From: a virus | Lineage: Duplodnaviria; Heunggongvirae; Uroviricota; Caudoviricetes | DNA length: 64,000 bases | Virus record (IMG/VR): IMGVR_UViG_3300035696_000002 | Strand: one strand, 5' to 3' | In this document: positions 18,076 through 28,698 of the stretch, one piece after another | Position numbering within the stretch: position 1 is the first letter of the stretch | How the letters are laid out: every line of letters starts with the position of its first letter | Made by a program: the position numbers and the translations under genes | The notes under the pieces: generated by a model | Seen by the model: the letters and a program-made list of their open reading frames with translations, nothing else | Told to the model about the DNA's origin: nothing | Databases searched by the model: none

Positions 18076-20109
18076 TTATTCTCTTGTGCCAGCGACAAAC
18101 TTGTATTTCGCAATCATCGAGTCAGTATCAATCGACTCCATGCGGACGAAAACTTCGTACACGAATCCGCCGTTCGGGCCGTCGTGCCATACTGCGGCCT
18201 GTGCCCAAGCGTCGTTGATTGCGTCCTGAATCTCACTGTCGGTGAGTTTGTCCATCAGGTATTTCACGCGGCTTGCGGTGTTGACCGTAGCGAACGCTGC
18301 GAGACCTTCCGGCTTCTCAACGTCGGCAAGTTGCACTTCGCCCATGCCCGGAACTTTGTCCAGCAGCGGGCGGGTGGTGACTTTGAAAGCCGCGATCATG
18401 GTCGCCGCGATTTCGCCGGAGACCTTCTTCAGGAAGAACGAGAACTGCTTGGCCTCATCGGCTGAAGCTGTCTTCACTGAGGCAACCATCAGGGCTTCGC
18501 CGGGGACGCCAGCGTACTGATCGTAGAACTCTTCCAAGAACATCGGCCCACGAATGTCGTTTTCCTTGCGGAGCGGAGCACCGTCAAGAACCTGAGGCTG
18601 AGCATCACGTCCGATGCCAACAGCACCGGGCGAAGTTGAAACAGAGCCGCCAGCCGGGGCAGCAGTCGAGTAGAATCCTGCGGCAATCGGCATGAGGTTT
18701 TCGTTTTCCACCTTCGACAGTGTACCGGGCTCCAGAGCCTCGTCCAGAGCACTCATGAGTTCTTCGGCATCGCCGACGATCTCAGGTGTGAGCATCGGGG
18801 CGTTCGTGGCGTTCGGGTAGTCCACGATCTCGTGCTGAATTTCGGGGTAGAACTCGCGGAGGACTTGGCCGGGGAAGAAGAAATTAAAGCCAGCTTCCTT
18901 CTCAACCGTCTTGTCGTCCTTGGCTACGCCCTGCATGTCGCAAGCGTCTTTCATAACCTCTCCTGATTGTGATCCCATAGATTCAAACCTCTCCTTGGGT
19001 GAGCCCACTACTGTCAAATTTGCAGCGAGCACCTTACCCGGCAACTCTTCACCGTGCCAGTCGATAGACACGAGCTTGGATGAACCAGCAGCATCGGCCC
19101 TTCCAAACTCTTCCACCCCTGTTACAGTTCCCTTGGCGGTCGCCATTGGCCCGGCGTACTGACTGATGGAACGCAGGAAATGCACGGCGTAGCGGACAGT
19201 GTCGCCCACGTTGATCGGCTGATCGTGCTTGCCAGCGGTTCTTACGGGCTTGGGGTCTTTCCACCAAGTCCATGTCTCATGCCCGCAGTCATTGCAGAAA
19301 AGCTTGTCGTACTGGCCGTCGTTAATGTCCTTGGTGTTCATGCCGTTGCATTTCGGGCACTGTCCCTTGGAGGCCTTTTCCAGACCAATCTGATAACGGA
19401 GGTCACCCGCCATCCCGAACGGTGAACGGTTGTGCAACTCAACTTGTGGCTCGGGCTTCCCGGTGACCTTGTCCTTCAAGCCCATCGCCCAGTCCTTCAC
19501 TTTTCCACCGAACTTGACGGACGCTTCCTTGACAAACGCCTTGGCAGCCTTCTCTGACGAGAACTCTGCGGCGTAACGTTCCCCATTGAGGGTGAAGCTG
19601 ACGCTGTGCTTTTCCATATTCGGTGGTGTGCTCAAGTCTGTTCCCCCAAAGAATCCGCCGCCATGGCCGGATGTAATTTTGCTGTCATCTTCGCCGCCAA
19701 TCGGAGGTGTGTTCTCCGAAGCGATGTTGATGATGATCTGCTTGCCCGGCTTGGCATCAATCGTTGTCGATCCTGCGGGGCCTTTATCCGCAACCCACTC
19801 CGCCGCTCCATCGCCGACAGCATCAATCTCCTGCTGTTTCTGGTCGATGGTTTTTCCGATCTCCATCTCAGCCTGAGTTTCAATCGCATCGCGGACAGCA
19901 GAAACGTTCTGACGCTCGGGTGGACGAAGCTCTCCGCCAACAGTCGGCGATCCGCCGTTCATATCGACAGAGTTCTCGACCAGTTCATCGTTGCTCGGCC
20001 CAGCTTCAGGCCCAGCCACGACGGCTGATTCCAACTTCTCGGCAAGATCGTTGTCGCTGTGGATGATGTCAGCACTGCGTTTAACAGTGCGTGCTATCTT
20101 AGTTGCCAT
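18076..20109 (-). CDS. Putative internal head polyprotein
   Basis: Modular 677 aa with KIA/KEA/RTA/KTA junctions, Zn ribbon and SH3-like module. Confidence 0.65.
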   Translation of the reverse strand: MATKIARTVKRSADIIHSDNDLAEKLESAVVAGPEAGPSNDELVENSVDMNGGSPTVGGELRPPERQNVSAVRDAIETQAEMEIGKTIDQKQQEIDAVGDGAAEWVADKGPAGSTTIDAKPGKQIIINIASENTPPIGGEDDSKITSGHGGGFFGGTDLSTPPNMEKHSVSFTLNGERYAAEFSSEKAAKAFVKEASVKFGGKVKDWAMGLKDKVTGKPEPQVELHNRSPFGMAGDLRYQIGLEKASKGQCPKCNGMNTKDINDGQYDKLFCNDCGHETWTWWKDPKPVRTAGKHDQPINVGDTVRYAVHFLRSISQYAGPMATAKGTVTGVEEFGRADAAGSSKLVSIDWHGEELPGKVLAANLTVVGSPKERFESMGSQSGEVMKDACDMQGVAKDDKTVEKEAGFNFFFPGQVLREFYPEIQHEIVDYPNATNAPMLTPEIVGDAEELMSALDEALEPGTLSKVENENLMPIAAGFYSTAAPAGGSVSTSPGAVGIGRDAQPQVLDGAPLRKENDIRGPMFLEEFYDQYAGVPGEALMVASVKTASADEAKQFSFFLKKVSGEIAATMIAAFKVTTRPLLDKVPGMGEVQLADVEKPEGLAAFATVNTASRVKYLMDKLTDSEIQDAINDAWAQAAVWHDGPNGGFVYEVFVRMESIDTDSMIAKYKFVAGTRE

Positions 20110-20117
20110 GATGCTCC

Positions 20118-23100
20118 TTACGGTTTCTGGCTGCCCACATCGGGCAACGGCTCTTCGGTTACGAGGTCTCCAAGGTAGCCTGCACCAAGATCAATCGGAG
20201 TTTCCTCACTGACATCGTCTCCCGCTGCGGCCTGTTTTTCATCGCTTGCGACTGCGAGCAGTTCCGGCACGGCCTCGGCCATTTCGCCGATAGCTGCCGG
20301 GCTGATCCCGCCCCCGCCGCTCTGATTCTGCTCTTGACCCTCGGGCTCAGGATGAGTGCTCATACCGTGCCCAGTGTCAACTACCGTGTCGGCGGTCTTC
20401 TTGCTGCTGCTCTTTCCCGAGTAATCCGGGACAACAGCGGGCTGCGGCGTGACTTCTGCCGGGCCAGAAGGTTTCTGACCGAACATTTCTTTCACCTTCG
20501 CGACGCCCTGTTCGAAGCTGCCATCCGCGTTGTAGCCCCAACCGCTGTAGCGTTCTTTCTTGCCGTTGAAGTTGATGACGCATAGTGCCGTACCAACGCT
20601 TTCACCGTTCGACATGTTACCCCAGTGGTAGCCCATGTCCCACGTGTTTGCCCCGTCACTGCCCTTCAACATGCCGCCACGGACGTACTCTGCGTTTACG
20701 CCAGCCGCCGTCAACTCACGCTGAATTTTCTTCAAGCTGTTGTAGGTGTAGCGAGCCTTTTCCTGCGGAGTTGCACCACGGCCTGCTTCGAAACGGATAC
20801 CAGCGAAGCGAGCGAAGTGTTCCGGGTTGACCGTTTTCTCGGCCTCCGGCTCATCCGCCATTTCGGACTTGTTGTAGTCGAGTTCCGACTTGGCTTCCGC
20901 CATGTCGCCGCTGATGTCAGCAGCAACCTTCGGGAACTGCATACCAGCCGCGTTACCGCGACGAGTGTAGAACGCCCGGATCGGGGCCAATGCACGGAGG
21001 AAATCCTTTTCCGTGATCTCAGCCTGAGGAGCATTCGTGTAGCGGTTACGCTGATTCTCTTCGCCGCGACGCAGGAGTTCCATCATCTGCTTCGCTGCCC
21101 GAGAAGGCGGCTGCCAGTAAGCCCAGCCATCGCTATGGCTGTTGACTTCGTCCATGAAATCCTTCATGAAGCGGGCTGCTTTACCGAGAACCGGGTCGTT
21201 GGCGAACCGCTGAACCGCTTCTTCGATGTCATACTGATTCATCCATGCAGTTTTCATGGAGCCAGTCACGTCGAACTTCGGCGTTTCACCTTGGGTGTCG
21301 CTGATGTCGGCCTTAGCCTTGTTCTCAATCGCACCCTCGCCGCCCTTTTCGTTGGCCGGGTTGTCTGCGGTATCGGCCTGTTTTTCTTGCTCAGGTGCTC
21401 CCGCTTCCGGCATCCAGTTGTCAAGGGCGTCGTACCAGTTCTTATCGACATCCTTGAAGCCACGAGCCTTCGCAATCGCCCTGAGGGCTGCTTCAATCTC
21501 AGGCTTCGTGTAGGGGTTGCCCGTGCGGTTTCCGCCCGTGACCCACTTCAACAGGTCGTACAGGACGCGATCAGGAATCTCCATCGCAACCTTGGACGCA
21601 GTGTTCTTGATTTCCGGCCCGCTCGTGTCTTTCACGTCAGTCCGGTTCTTGACTTCGATTGCACCGGAACCACCCGCCTCGTTGGCCGGGTTGTCTGCGG
21701 TGTCGGCCTTCTTCGAAGAGCCCGTCACGTCGTACTTCACAGTCGTGCCGTGCGTGTTCTTGATGTCGGCATCGGTCTTGTTGACGATGGCACCTTCGCC
21801 GCCCTTTTCGTTGGCAGGATTGTCGGCAGTGTCGGCCTGTTTTGTCGAGGCGTCGATGTCGAACTCTTCTTCACGAGGAGCAATCGGGCTCTCGCGATCT
21901 ACCCAGTAGGTGCCGCAGTTGCCGCACTGCCACTCACCCAGACCGGACGAGGAGCTAACGTGGTAAATGCGTTCATCCTTCGGCAGATCAAGACCGATAG
22001 GCTCTGAGCAGTTCTCGCAGTAGTTGACGTTATCCCACGAGTAGGCACAGACTGCACCGCAACGACCGCATTCAACGGCGTCGCCGCTGTCAAGGAGTTG
22101 TTCCTTGACCTGCTGTATGTCTACTTCATACCCCTCTGGATCAAGACCGAGGTCTGCAAGTTTGCCGAGACCCATTCCGATGCCAGCCATGTCGTCGGAA
22201 CCTGATTTGTTGCGGTTCCGAATAGCGGCGAAGTCGATACGCTGACCCGTGCCTTCGCACTGTGGGCAGTTGTCACGCTGGACACCCGGCTTGCAGGTGC
22301 AGGGTTGACCCGTCTTAGGCTGATATTCGGCCTTCTTGGACTCTTCGCTCTTGGACTTACCGCGATTCTTCGCCCACTCAGACTTTGGCCCGCTGTCTTC
22401 CTTGGCTTCAGGCGTCGAATCTTCCTGTGATTCTGCTTCGGAGTCAGACATCGACTTCGTGTCCTCAGGTTCGTCGCTCTTCATCTCTTCCGAGACGTGA
22501 GCTTCGCCATCCGTCGAGGAATTCTGACCGCCGTCGTTGCCGACCGGAATCAGCGGGGCAGGCCCGATGTCTTCCGTGATCGAATCCCAGATTTCATCGA
22601 GATCGACCGCTACGTCAGCTTCCTTGCGGAGGGTTGCGAGCTTGGCTTCTTTTTCCTGAGCAGCCTTTTTCGCCTTGGGCGACATTCCAACATACGGATC
22701 GTCGATTTCTGTTCCGATGATGTCGGCGATGTACGATGCCTGATGGGCAGCCGCAGACTTCAGCGTAGGCGTTGTGCCCCACTTGTCAGCGTCAATCTCA
22801 CCAGCATCCTTGCGGAAGAACTGGATCGCGAGCTTTACGGCACGCAACTTGTCAGTTGCCGACTTCGAGAGCGGCTGTTCGCCGTACCCGCCCGCCGCAA
22901 CTTCCCTTGCGTGGTCTTCGAGTGCCTGATCGGCCTGTTTGTCGCTGCCGAGAGTGGCACAGAAGGCCTTGATCCCATCCGGGTGCTCACGTTCGACGTA
23001 ACCACCGTTGCGGAATCTGTCCATTTCGAGCTTGGAGAGGTTGCCCTTTGCGTTGGTGCCCGGACGAATGTCCATTGTCGGCAACATACCCTTCGTTCTC

Positions 23101-24755
23101 TTCGCAACTTTGCGTTCCTCTTCGCCGCGACGAGCCACACCAGTTTCGTCAATCGCGATACCGATTGGGGCCTCGCCCTTGCGGACTTCGACCTTCTCTT
23201 CAACCGCCTTGACCATGCCTTCTTGTGCTTCTGCGGCACCAGTGCCCGGCCCGACGTTCGTGACCGGAGTTTCATGGGCAGCCGGGACGACGGAATCAGG
23301 AGTGGAACCGTGCTTGTGCGATTCCATGTTCTTCAAGCCTTCTTCAGCTTCACCCTTGGAGTGGAAACTTTCCAGAATCTTGTCGGTGTTGTGCTGCTTA
23401 ATGACCCACGGAGCGGATTCACCCTTTGAATTGGTGTGGCCCGGAACATGGGAGACATAGGCGACCTTGGCAGAGCTTTGGTGCGTCTTCAATCTGCTCT
23501 GTGTGACAGGGGCGTCGGCACCAACTGTCAGCGTGCCTTCGTTGTCGTAGTTGACGGGCTGGTCTTTGTACGCTTTGCCGACCTGATCGTAGAACACGTA
23601 GGTGTCCGTGTCGGGCTTGTATTCCATTTCCAGACCCATGGACTGTGCGATCTCGGCCATGTTCAGGTCAAGACGCTGCTCAAACGCATCCATGTACCCA
23701 CGCGGGTTCTTCTTTTTCATGTCCGCGTGAATCGCGTTCAGCTTGTCAATGATCGTTTGCAGGACATCCGCACCGCCCGCCATACCAATGCGGGTTTCGA
23801 TGGAGGCTGCTTCCTTGGATTCGCCCTTTTCTTCCTTTTTCTCGGAGCCGAAAGGCGGAGCTTGCTTCCCACCGAACGGTTCCTTGGCGGCTGCGGCACG
23901 CGGCACGCTTTCGCTTGTCGGCGGCTTGAAGCCCTTCTCGCCAACTTCGCCCGGCGTTACGCTGTTCGGCAGCAAAGACTGACGGAGAGCCTGATCGAGG
24001 GAGTCGAATACGTCCATCTCCTGCGGTTCAAGGACTTCCTGCGTCACTGCATCAGCAGTTTTGGCGGTCAGGAAGATTTTCTTCTTTGCAGTCGCGGCCT
24101 GCTTGAGCAATTCAGGGAACTGCTTCAGCGGATTTTCCGCGAGGAACGGGAAATTCATTTTCGGGGTGATGTCGGTCACGTCCAACTTGGTCGTGTCAAC
24201 AACCGTCATCAAGGCCTCAAAAGCCGAAGACAGGCGAGGATCGAAGTACGCCGCGAACACGATGTGGCGAAGCAGGTTCGTCAGCTTCGTGATATCATCC
24301 GTGTACTTGAAGTACTGGTACTCACGCTTGTTCATCCAGTTCGGTGCGAACAGGACGATGGATTCATACTTGCCATCGACGCTCTTGAAGAGCTTGTCCT
24401 TGATGGTCTGCAAATCGCCCTTGCTGTACTCGTCGAACTCGGTCTCGCCGATCTTGTGTTCGATCATGTCGGACATTTCTTCGCCGCCGAACTCACGCAT
24501 GAGGACGCCGTAGAGCAGGGAAGTCGGGAAGGTGTCGAGATTATCAGCAACCTTGGCAGGAACAATGAAGATGCGACCGATGGAGATGTTCTGGCGGAAT
24601 CCGCGATAGAAAACTTCGACAGACTGAGTATCGCCAGACGAACGGGCTTCCTTTTCGCCTGCCCTTACGGCTTCGGTGACTTTGGCCAACAGGTCTTCGC
24701 TGACAGCGAAGCTCTGGAATGATTTCAATGCGAGACTGTTTCCACTTGGAGCCAT
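20118..24755 (-). CDS. Putative internal head polyprotein (1545 aa)
   Basis: Folded N-terminal domain followed by many short modules separated by K-x-A motifs. Confidence 0.7.
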   Translation of the reverse strand: MAPSGNSLALKSFQSFAVSEDLLAKVTEAVRAGEKEARSSGDTQSVEVFYRGFRQNISIGRIFIVPAKVADNLDTFPTSLLYGVLMREFGGEEMSDMIEHKIGETEFDEYSKGDLQTIKDKLFKSVDGKYESIVLFAPNWMNKREYQYFKYTDDITKLTNLLRHIVFAAYFDPRLSSAFEALMTVVDTTKLDVTDITPKMNFPFLAENPLKQFPELLKQAATAKKKIFLTAKTADAVTQEVLEPQEMDVFDSLDQALRQSLLPNSVTPGEVGEKGFKPPTSESVPRAAAAKEPFGGKQAPPFGSEKKEEKGESKEAASIETRIGMAGGADVLQTIIDKLNAIHADMKKKNPRGYMDAFEQRLDLNMAEIAQSMGLEMEYKPDTDTYVFYDQVGKAYKDQPVNYDNEGTLTVGADAPVTQSRLKTHQSSAKVAYVSHVPGHTNSKGESAPWVIKQHNTDKILESFHSKGEAEEGLKNMESHKHGSTPDSVVPAAHETPVTNVGPGTGAAEAQEGMVKAVEEKVEVRKGEAPIGIAIDETGVARRGEEERKVAKRTKGMLPTMDIRPGTNAKGNLSKLEMDRFRNGGYVEREHPDGIKAFCATLGSDKQADQALEDHAREVAAGGYGEQPLSKSATDKLRAVKLAIQFFRKDAGEIDADKWGTTPTLKSAAAHQASYIADIIGTEIDDPYVGMSPKAKKAAQEKEAKLATLRKEADVAVDLDEIWDSITEDIGPAPLIPVGNDGGQNSSTDGEAHVSEEMKSDEPEDTKSMSDSEAESQEDSTPEAKEDSGPKSEWAKNRGKSKSEESKKAEYQPKTGQPCTCKPGVQRDNCPQCEGTGQRIDFAAIRNRNKSGSDDMAGIGMGLGKLADLGLDPEGYEVDIQQVKEQLLDSGDAVECGRCGAVCAYSWDNVNYCENCSEPIGLDLPKDERIYHVSSSSGLGEWQCGNCGTYWVDRESPIAPREEEFDIDASTKQADTADNPANEKGGEGAIVNKTDADIKNTHGTTVKYDVTGSSKKADTADNPANEAGGSGAIEVKNRTDVKDTSGPEIKNTASKVAMEIPDRVLYDLLKWVTGGNRTGNPYTKPEIEAALRAIAKARGFKDVDKNWYDALDNWMPEAGAPEQEKQADTADNPANEKGGEGAIENKAKADISDTQGETPKFDVTGSMKTAWMNQYDIEEAVQRFANDPVLGKAARFMKDFMDEVNSHSDGWAYWQPPSRAAKQMMELLRRGEENQRNRYTNAPQAEITEKDFLRALAPIRAFYTRRGNAAGMQFPKVAADISGDMAEAKSELDYNKSEMADEPEAEKTVNPEHFARFAGIRFEAGRGATPQEKARYTYNSLKKIQRELTAAGVNAEYVRGGMLKGSDGANTWDMGYHWGNMSNGESVGTALCVINFNGKKERYSGWGYNADGSFEQGVAKVKEMFGQKPSGPAEVTPQPAVVPDYSGKSSSKKTADTVVDTGHGMSTHPEPEGQEQNQSGGGGISPAAIGEMAEAVPELLAVASDEKQAAAGDDVSEETPIDLGAGYLGDLVTEEPLPDVGSQKP
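21260..21845 (-). repeat. Three intragenic copies of K-x-A-DTADNPANE(K/A)GG(E/S)GAI
   Basis: gttggc(c/a)gg(g/a)ttgtc(t/g)gc(g/a)gt(a/g)tcggcct near 21351, 21681 and 21810. Confidence 0.85.
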
Positions 24756-24764
24756 GGTTTCCTC

Positions 24765-25283
24765 TTATTCCTTGCCGTAGTAGCTAGAATCAATTTTCTG
24801 AACTTCACGGCGAATCTCAGGATCGACTGCCGCCATTTCATCCTTGTAGTGCATCAGGATGTTCTTGGCCTGTCCGTCCTCAACGCCTGCCTTCTTCATC
24901 GCGATCTTGAACTTGGAGACCCACATGTCCGAGACGTATTGGAACTTTGGCCCGTCGAGATTGATGTAATCTCGCTTAGCCATCTGGTCGGACTCCATAA
25001 GCTCTTTGCCAAGCTCACGAAGTGCCCTGACCTGCGATTCCAATGCCTTAGTCGTGCCGAACTGGGTGACATCAATGTTGTCGCCCTGCCGGATCATCAT
25101 CTCCGTCGCCACTGCAATTTCGTAAGCGATCATACGTTTCAAGTCGCCGAGTGAAATGCTCGGGTCTTTGATCGCCTGACGGATGACGACAATGCTGCTG
25201 CCCTTCTCGCGGTCGCTTAATTCGCGGTCGCCGAGGCCGACGTAGCCTTCCGATGATGTGACAATCTCGAACTTATCGGCCAT
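24765..25283 (-). CDS. Helical hypothetical protein (weak terminase small subunit candidate)
   Basis: 172 aa, all-helical/coiled coil, upstream of terL in the same operon; function not established. Confidence 0.4.
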   Translation of the reverse strand: MADKFEIVTSSEGYVGLGDRELSDREKGSSIVVIRQAIKDPSISLGDLKRMIAYEIAVATEMMIRQGDNIDVTQFGTTKALESQVRALRELGKELMESDQMAKRDYINLDGPKFQYVSDMWVSKFKIAMKKAGVEDGQAKNILMHYKDEMAAVDPEIRREVQKIDSSYYGKE

Positions 25284-25285
25284 GA

Positions 25286-27145
25286 TTACTCCACGTCCAA
25301 TTTGTACGTGCCGTCCATCTCAACTTCCGCACGTTCCGGGCCGTCCATCGGGATATCCTGCTGCACCGCTGGCCCCATCAGATCGTACTCACCGAGGATG
25401 GCACGCCCGTCTTCCGGGGCACCAGCCGCAGTCTTGTGATTGGACGATGCCTTGTCCATTCCGGGATAGCTCAACAAAGTTCCGCCCGTCAGGCCGCAAT
25501 GCATGCCGCTGCGATATGTGCACGATCCGCACTTTTCCGCACCGATGATCGGATTGTGTACGCCCAACTTGTTCTTGAGGTACGTGCAATCAATCTGGCT
25601 CAGAGCAACCTTGATTGGCTTGTCTTTCAACGAAGCGACGAACTTGCGGCATGCTGCACCCGCCTGCTCGGCCCCGACCTTGTTGGCGGCGGCTTCGTAA
25701 ATTGCTTTCATGCCGTAGCCCTTGTTGTGCAACCGCTCAACATCAGCGGCGGCAAACTTGTACACGGCCTTCTTCGGCTGTTCCTTACGTACCGTTTCAA
25801 TGGTGCGTTCCTGAGATGCCGCCTGTTTTTCCTGCGGCAGAATGCTCATCGGACGCTCAAACGGCTTTGTCGTTACTTCCCGAACCTTGCCGAAATGGCT
25901 CTCACAGCTTGCACACTTGGCACTGCTCTGGAAAGCAGCGTTGCGGATGCCCTTCTTGGCGAGGAATTCGAGGTCGCTTTTTGCGACCACAATCCGGCCC
26001 GCGTCATCCTTGCGGAGTGAAGCGACAAAGTTCTTGATCGCTTTGCTCACATCCACATCGTTGAACTTCTCGCTCGCCCATTTGTAAATGCGGTCGAGGC
26101 TGGCTCCGGCTGCGTGCAGCTTCATCACGTGACTGGAGTCGAAAACAACTTTCGATGTTGCACGCTTCACACGCTCGGCCTGCTTGATGTCATACCCTTC
26201 AGTACGGGCAATCGCTGAACTGGTCTTCGGCGGCAGGACTTGCATGTCGGTGCGATTTGCGATCTGCACCAGTGCCGCACGCTTGTTCTTGTTCGGCACG
26301 CCCGGCGTCAAGAGGTTCACGATATGTGAAAGCTCGGCTGTGTTCGCTACAACTGGAAGGTGGTACAAATTACACGACTTGCCTGATGCGTCCTTCTTGA
26401 AGTAAGAGCAGTCGGTGCACGCTGAAATCTGTTTTACCGACTTGGCCTGCGGCGTAATGCCTGCCTGCTTCCATTGGTTATGCTGGCGGACACAATCATT
26501 GCTGCTGACGCTGCTGTTTTTGCCGCGAGGAGCGTCCTTCGGCATGTAAGTATTCGGCTCCAGATATGCCAAGCCCATGAGCCCGGCGTTACGCTGGAGG
26601 TAGTCCGTTGACATCTGGTGATTGAACACCTCAAGATCAGCGGCCATCTTTTCGATGATCTGTGCAACCTTCGCCGGAGATGTGCCCTGATTCAGCAAGT
26701 CCCTCACGTACTTCAGAGCTTGCCCATCAGTGATGCCCGTCGAGACGCTGTTCTCTTTGAAGTTTGGATCGGCCTTCTCAAGATTCATCGTCACTTCGTC
26801 CATCAACGACTCGTTGTCGCCGTAGGAATTCTTGTAATCCTCAGGCCGGGTTGTCGCAGTGCGACGCCAGTCTGAGGGGACTGAACTCACGTGTGGGGCA
26901 GCCTTTTCTTTTTCGTACAGGCGTTCACGAAGAACTGAACTGGTTCTCGGGCCGATAATAGGCGTGTGGTGAGAGGCCGACTCAGCGATTTCATCCATGA
27001 AATCCTTGTCCACGTACTGGTGCGTGCGGTTAAGCTGCTCCTCACCGGAGTCCTTGGCCTCGGCGAGATCGAGGTCTTTCCAATCGGGCTCGCGTTCATC
27101 CAAGAGTGCGTCGATAATGCTTGAGTAGGGTTTCTTCTCTGCCAT
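25286..27145 (-). CDS. Cys-rich putative head protein with internal repeats
   Basis: Repeated CxxC...C clusters and duplicated V..LH..G.....IY..A..K...A...FVASL helices; K/R-x-A junctions. Confidence 0.65.
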   Translation of the reverse strand: MAEKKPYSSIIDALLDEREPDWKDLDLAEAKDSGEEQLNRTHQYVDKDFMDEIAESASHHTPIIGPRTSSVLRERLYEKEKAAPHVSSVPSDWRRTATTRPEDYKNSYGDNESLMDEVTMNLEKADPNFKENSVSTGITDGQALKYVRDLLNQGTSPAKVAQIIEKMAADLEVFNHQMSTDYLQRNAGLMGLAYLEPNTYMPKDAPRGKNSSVSSNDCVRQHNQWKQAGITPQAKSVKQISACTDCSYFKKDASGKSCNLYHLPVVANTAELSHIVNLLTPGVPNKNKRAALVQIANRTDMQVLPPKTSSAIARTEGYDIKQAERVKRATSKVVFDSSHVMKLHAAGASLDRIYKWASEKFNDVDVSKAIKNFVASLRKDDAGRIVVAKSDLEFLAKKGIRNAAFQSSAKCASCESHFGKVREVTTKPFERPMSILPQEKQAASQERTIETVRKEQPKKAVYKFAAADVERLHNKGYGMKAIYEAAANKVGAEQAGAACRKFVASLKDKPIKVALSQIDCTYLKNKLGVHNPIIGAEKCGSCTYRSGMHCGLTGGTLLSYPGMDKASSNHKTAAGAPEDGRAILGEYDLMGPAVQQDIPMDGPERAEVEMDGTYKLDVE

Positions 27146-27155
27146 GGCTGTTTCC

Positions 27156-27473
27156 TTAGAAAGTTAGGTCGTCCAAGATCGAACCGAGAAATTCCATCGG
27201 CTCATCCTTGGGTGCTGCCGGGATCGCTTCCCCGTTGTCAACTTCGTCCACTACGAGTCGGACAATTTTGGTGCCCTGAACCTGCCAGAAATCCTTCGTC
27301 GAAGGACATTCATACACATTCCCGGCGACCCGACGCATCATGAATTCGTCGATCTGGCTCTGAATACTGAGGGGGATCGGAGTCGCAGAAGCAAAGTGAT
27401 TTCGGGAAAAAACGGCCTCATTGGCCCGCTGGGAGCCTAAACCGAAAGCTGGTGTGGGACGAGTCTTACGCAT
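27156..27473 (-). CDS. Hypothetical protein
   Basis: 105 aa with GAGG RBS and upstream ACTATG motif. Confidence 0.6.
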   Translation of the reverse strand: MRKTRPTPAFGLGSQRANEAVFSRNHFASATPIPLSIQSQIDEFMMRRVAGNVYECPSTKDFWQVQGTKIVRLVVDEVDNGEAIPAAPKDEPMEFLGSILDDLTF

Positions 27474-27575
27474 ATAGACCTCTCATCTAGGGGAAGCATA
27501 GTTACAAAGTTCCAAGAAAAACCCGAAAACCGTTTGAATAAAAACCGCTTTTCGCCCCTATTACAGAGGAACCCC

Positions 27576-28451
27576 ATGCAGACAATTAACAACACAATTT
27601 TTAGCTCAACAGCACCCGCCGATGGAGCATGGCGAAATATCTCGAATTTTGTGGCAATGTCGGTGCAAATCAGCACCACCTCAGCCGGGGCACCTTCGGC
27701 TTTCGACGCTGGGAACGTATGGATTGAGCTTTCCAACGACCCGAACGTCCTACTGGACGGTGCAACTATCGCCGCCCCCTCCGCCCCGACACTCAGCCAG
27801 TTCACACCCAATTATTCAGCCGGATACGGCAATGCGTCGCCGACCGTGGCCACGACCTACTCGGTACAAGTCACTTACGTGACCGCGTTTCCGAAGGGCA
27901 CCGTGCCCCTCGGCACTACTCAACCGGGCGTCCTGATTCCACCGCCTGAGACGACAGCCTCCGGCACGACTGCCCTGCTCGTGACCGCAGGCAATCAGCT
28001 TATCGTCGCCTCTCCGGCAGCCGATCCGCTCGGCGTCGCAACCGGGTACAACGTCTACATCAGCGTTGGCGGCGGGCCGTACATCTTGCAAAACTCTTTG
28101 TTCAACAGTATGGTCGGCCCCGGCAACCTGAAGGTCAACGGCCCGATTCCGCTGGGCGAACCGTTCTACCTGTTTGCCTACACCAACTCCGGCGTGCAGC
28201 CGCCTGCTACGAACACAACGGGCAGCCCGAACGTCGGCGTCAATGCAACCGGAAATATTTCGACTGGCGGCTTCAACAGCGACGAGTCGGTGCTATACTT
28301 TGACAATCCGACTGCCGCAGGAGCTTGGACAGCATCAAGCACCATGGCAATCTGGTCGCCATCTTGTCTGTACTTCAACTATCTCCGCGTCAGAAAATCG
28401 ACAGCGGGTACGAAGCTGACACAGGCGTATTTGTTCGGCCAGAACGGTTAA
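27576..28451 (+). CDS. Putative virion surface protein (beta-rich)
   Basis: T/G/P/S-rich; APSAPTLS...TYSVQVTYVT...ET...ATGYNVY module; start re-called after GAGGA RBS. Confidence 0.65.
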   Translation: MQTINNTIFSSTAPADGAWRNISNFVAMSVQISTTSAGAPSAFDAGNVWIELSNDPNVLLDGATIAAPSAPTLSQFTPNYSAGYGNASPTVATTYSVQVTYVTAFPKGTVPLGTTQPGVLIPPPETTASGTTALLVTAGNQLIVASPAADPLGVATGYNVYISVGGGPYILQNSLFNSMVGPGNLKVNGPIPLGEPFYLFAYTNSGVQPPATNTTGSPNVGVNATGNISTGGFNSDESVLYFDNPTAAGAWTASSTMAIWSPSCLYFNYLRVRKSTAGTKLTQAYLFGQNG

Positions 28452-28470
28452 CGAGATACCCGTCAGACCA

Positions 28471-28698
28471 TCAAAAGACCGGATTACTTTCCGGCCAGTG
28501 TGCGATTGGCACATGCAGAACTCCATGGTTCAGTTCTGTACCATCGCGGGGCCGCTCGGCAGGGCGGGTGTGAGTCGCGGCCCAACCTATTTCGTGGAGG
28601 TGCCCCATGGACGAAGAATTAAAGCGGTTGCTTGGCACCAGTTTGGTTATCGTCCTTGGAGCTTGTATCAGCACCGGGATTCTTCTCTCCGCCATCAT
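28471..28698 (-). CDS. Hypothetical small protein
   Basis: 75-aa ORF overlapping the EndoVII-like tail and filling the gap. Confidence 0.35.
   Translation of the reverse strand: MMAERRIPVLIQAPRTITKLVPSNRFNSSSMGHLHEIGWAATHTRPAERPRDGTELNHGVLHVPIAHWPESNPVF

Noticed and set aside
21260-21845. Spaced DNA repeats as a possible CRISPR array or DGR template/variable repeat
   Set aside because: They are in-frame coding repeats differing mostly at synonymous sites, with irregular spacing and no cas or reverse transcriptase gene in the window.
20625-24722. Long plus-strand ORFs (460, 310 and 428 aa)
   Set aside because: Antisense shadows caused by codon bias of the 1545-aa gene.
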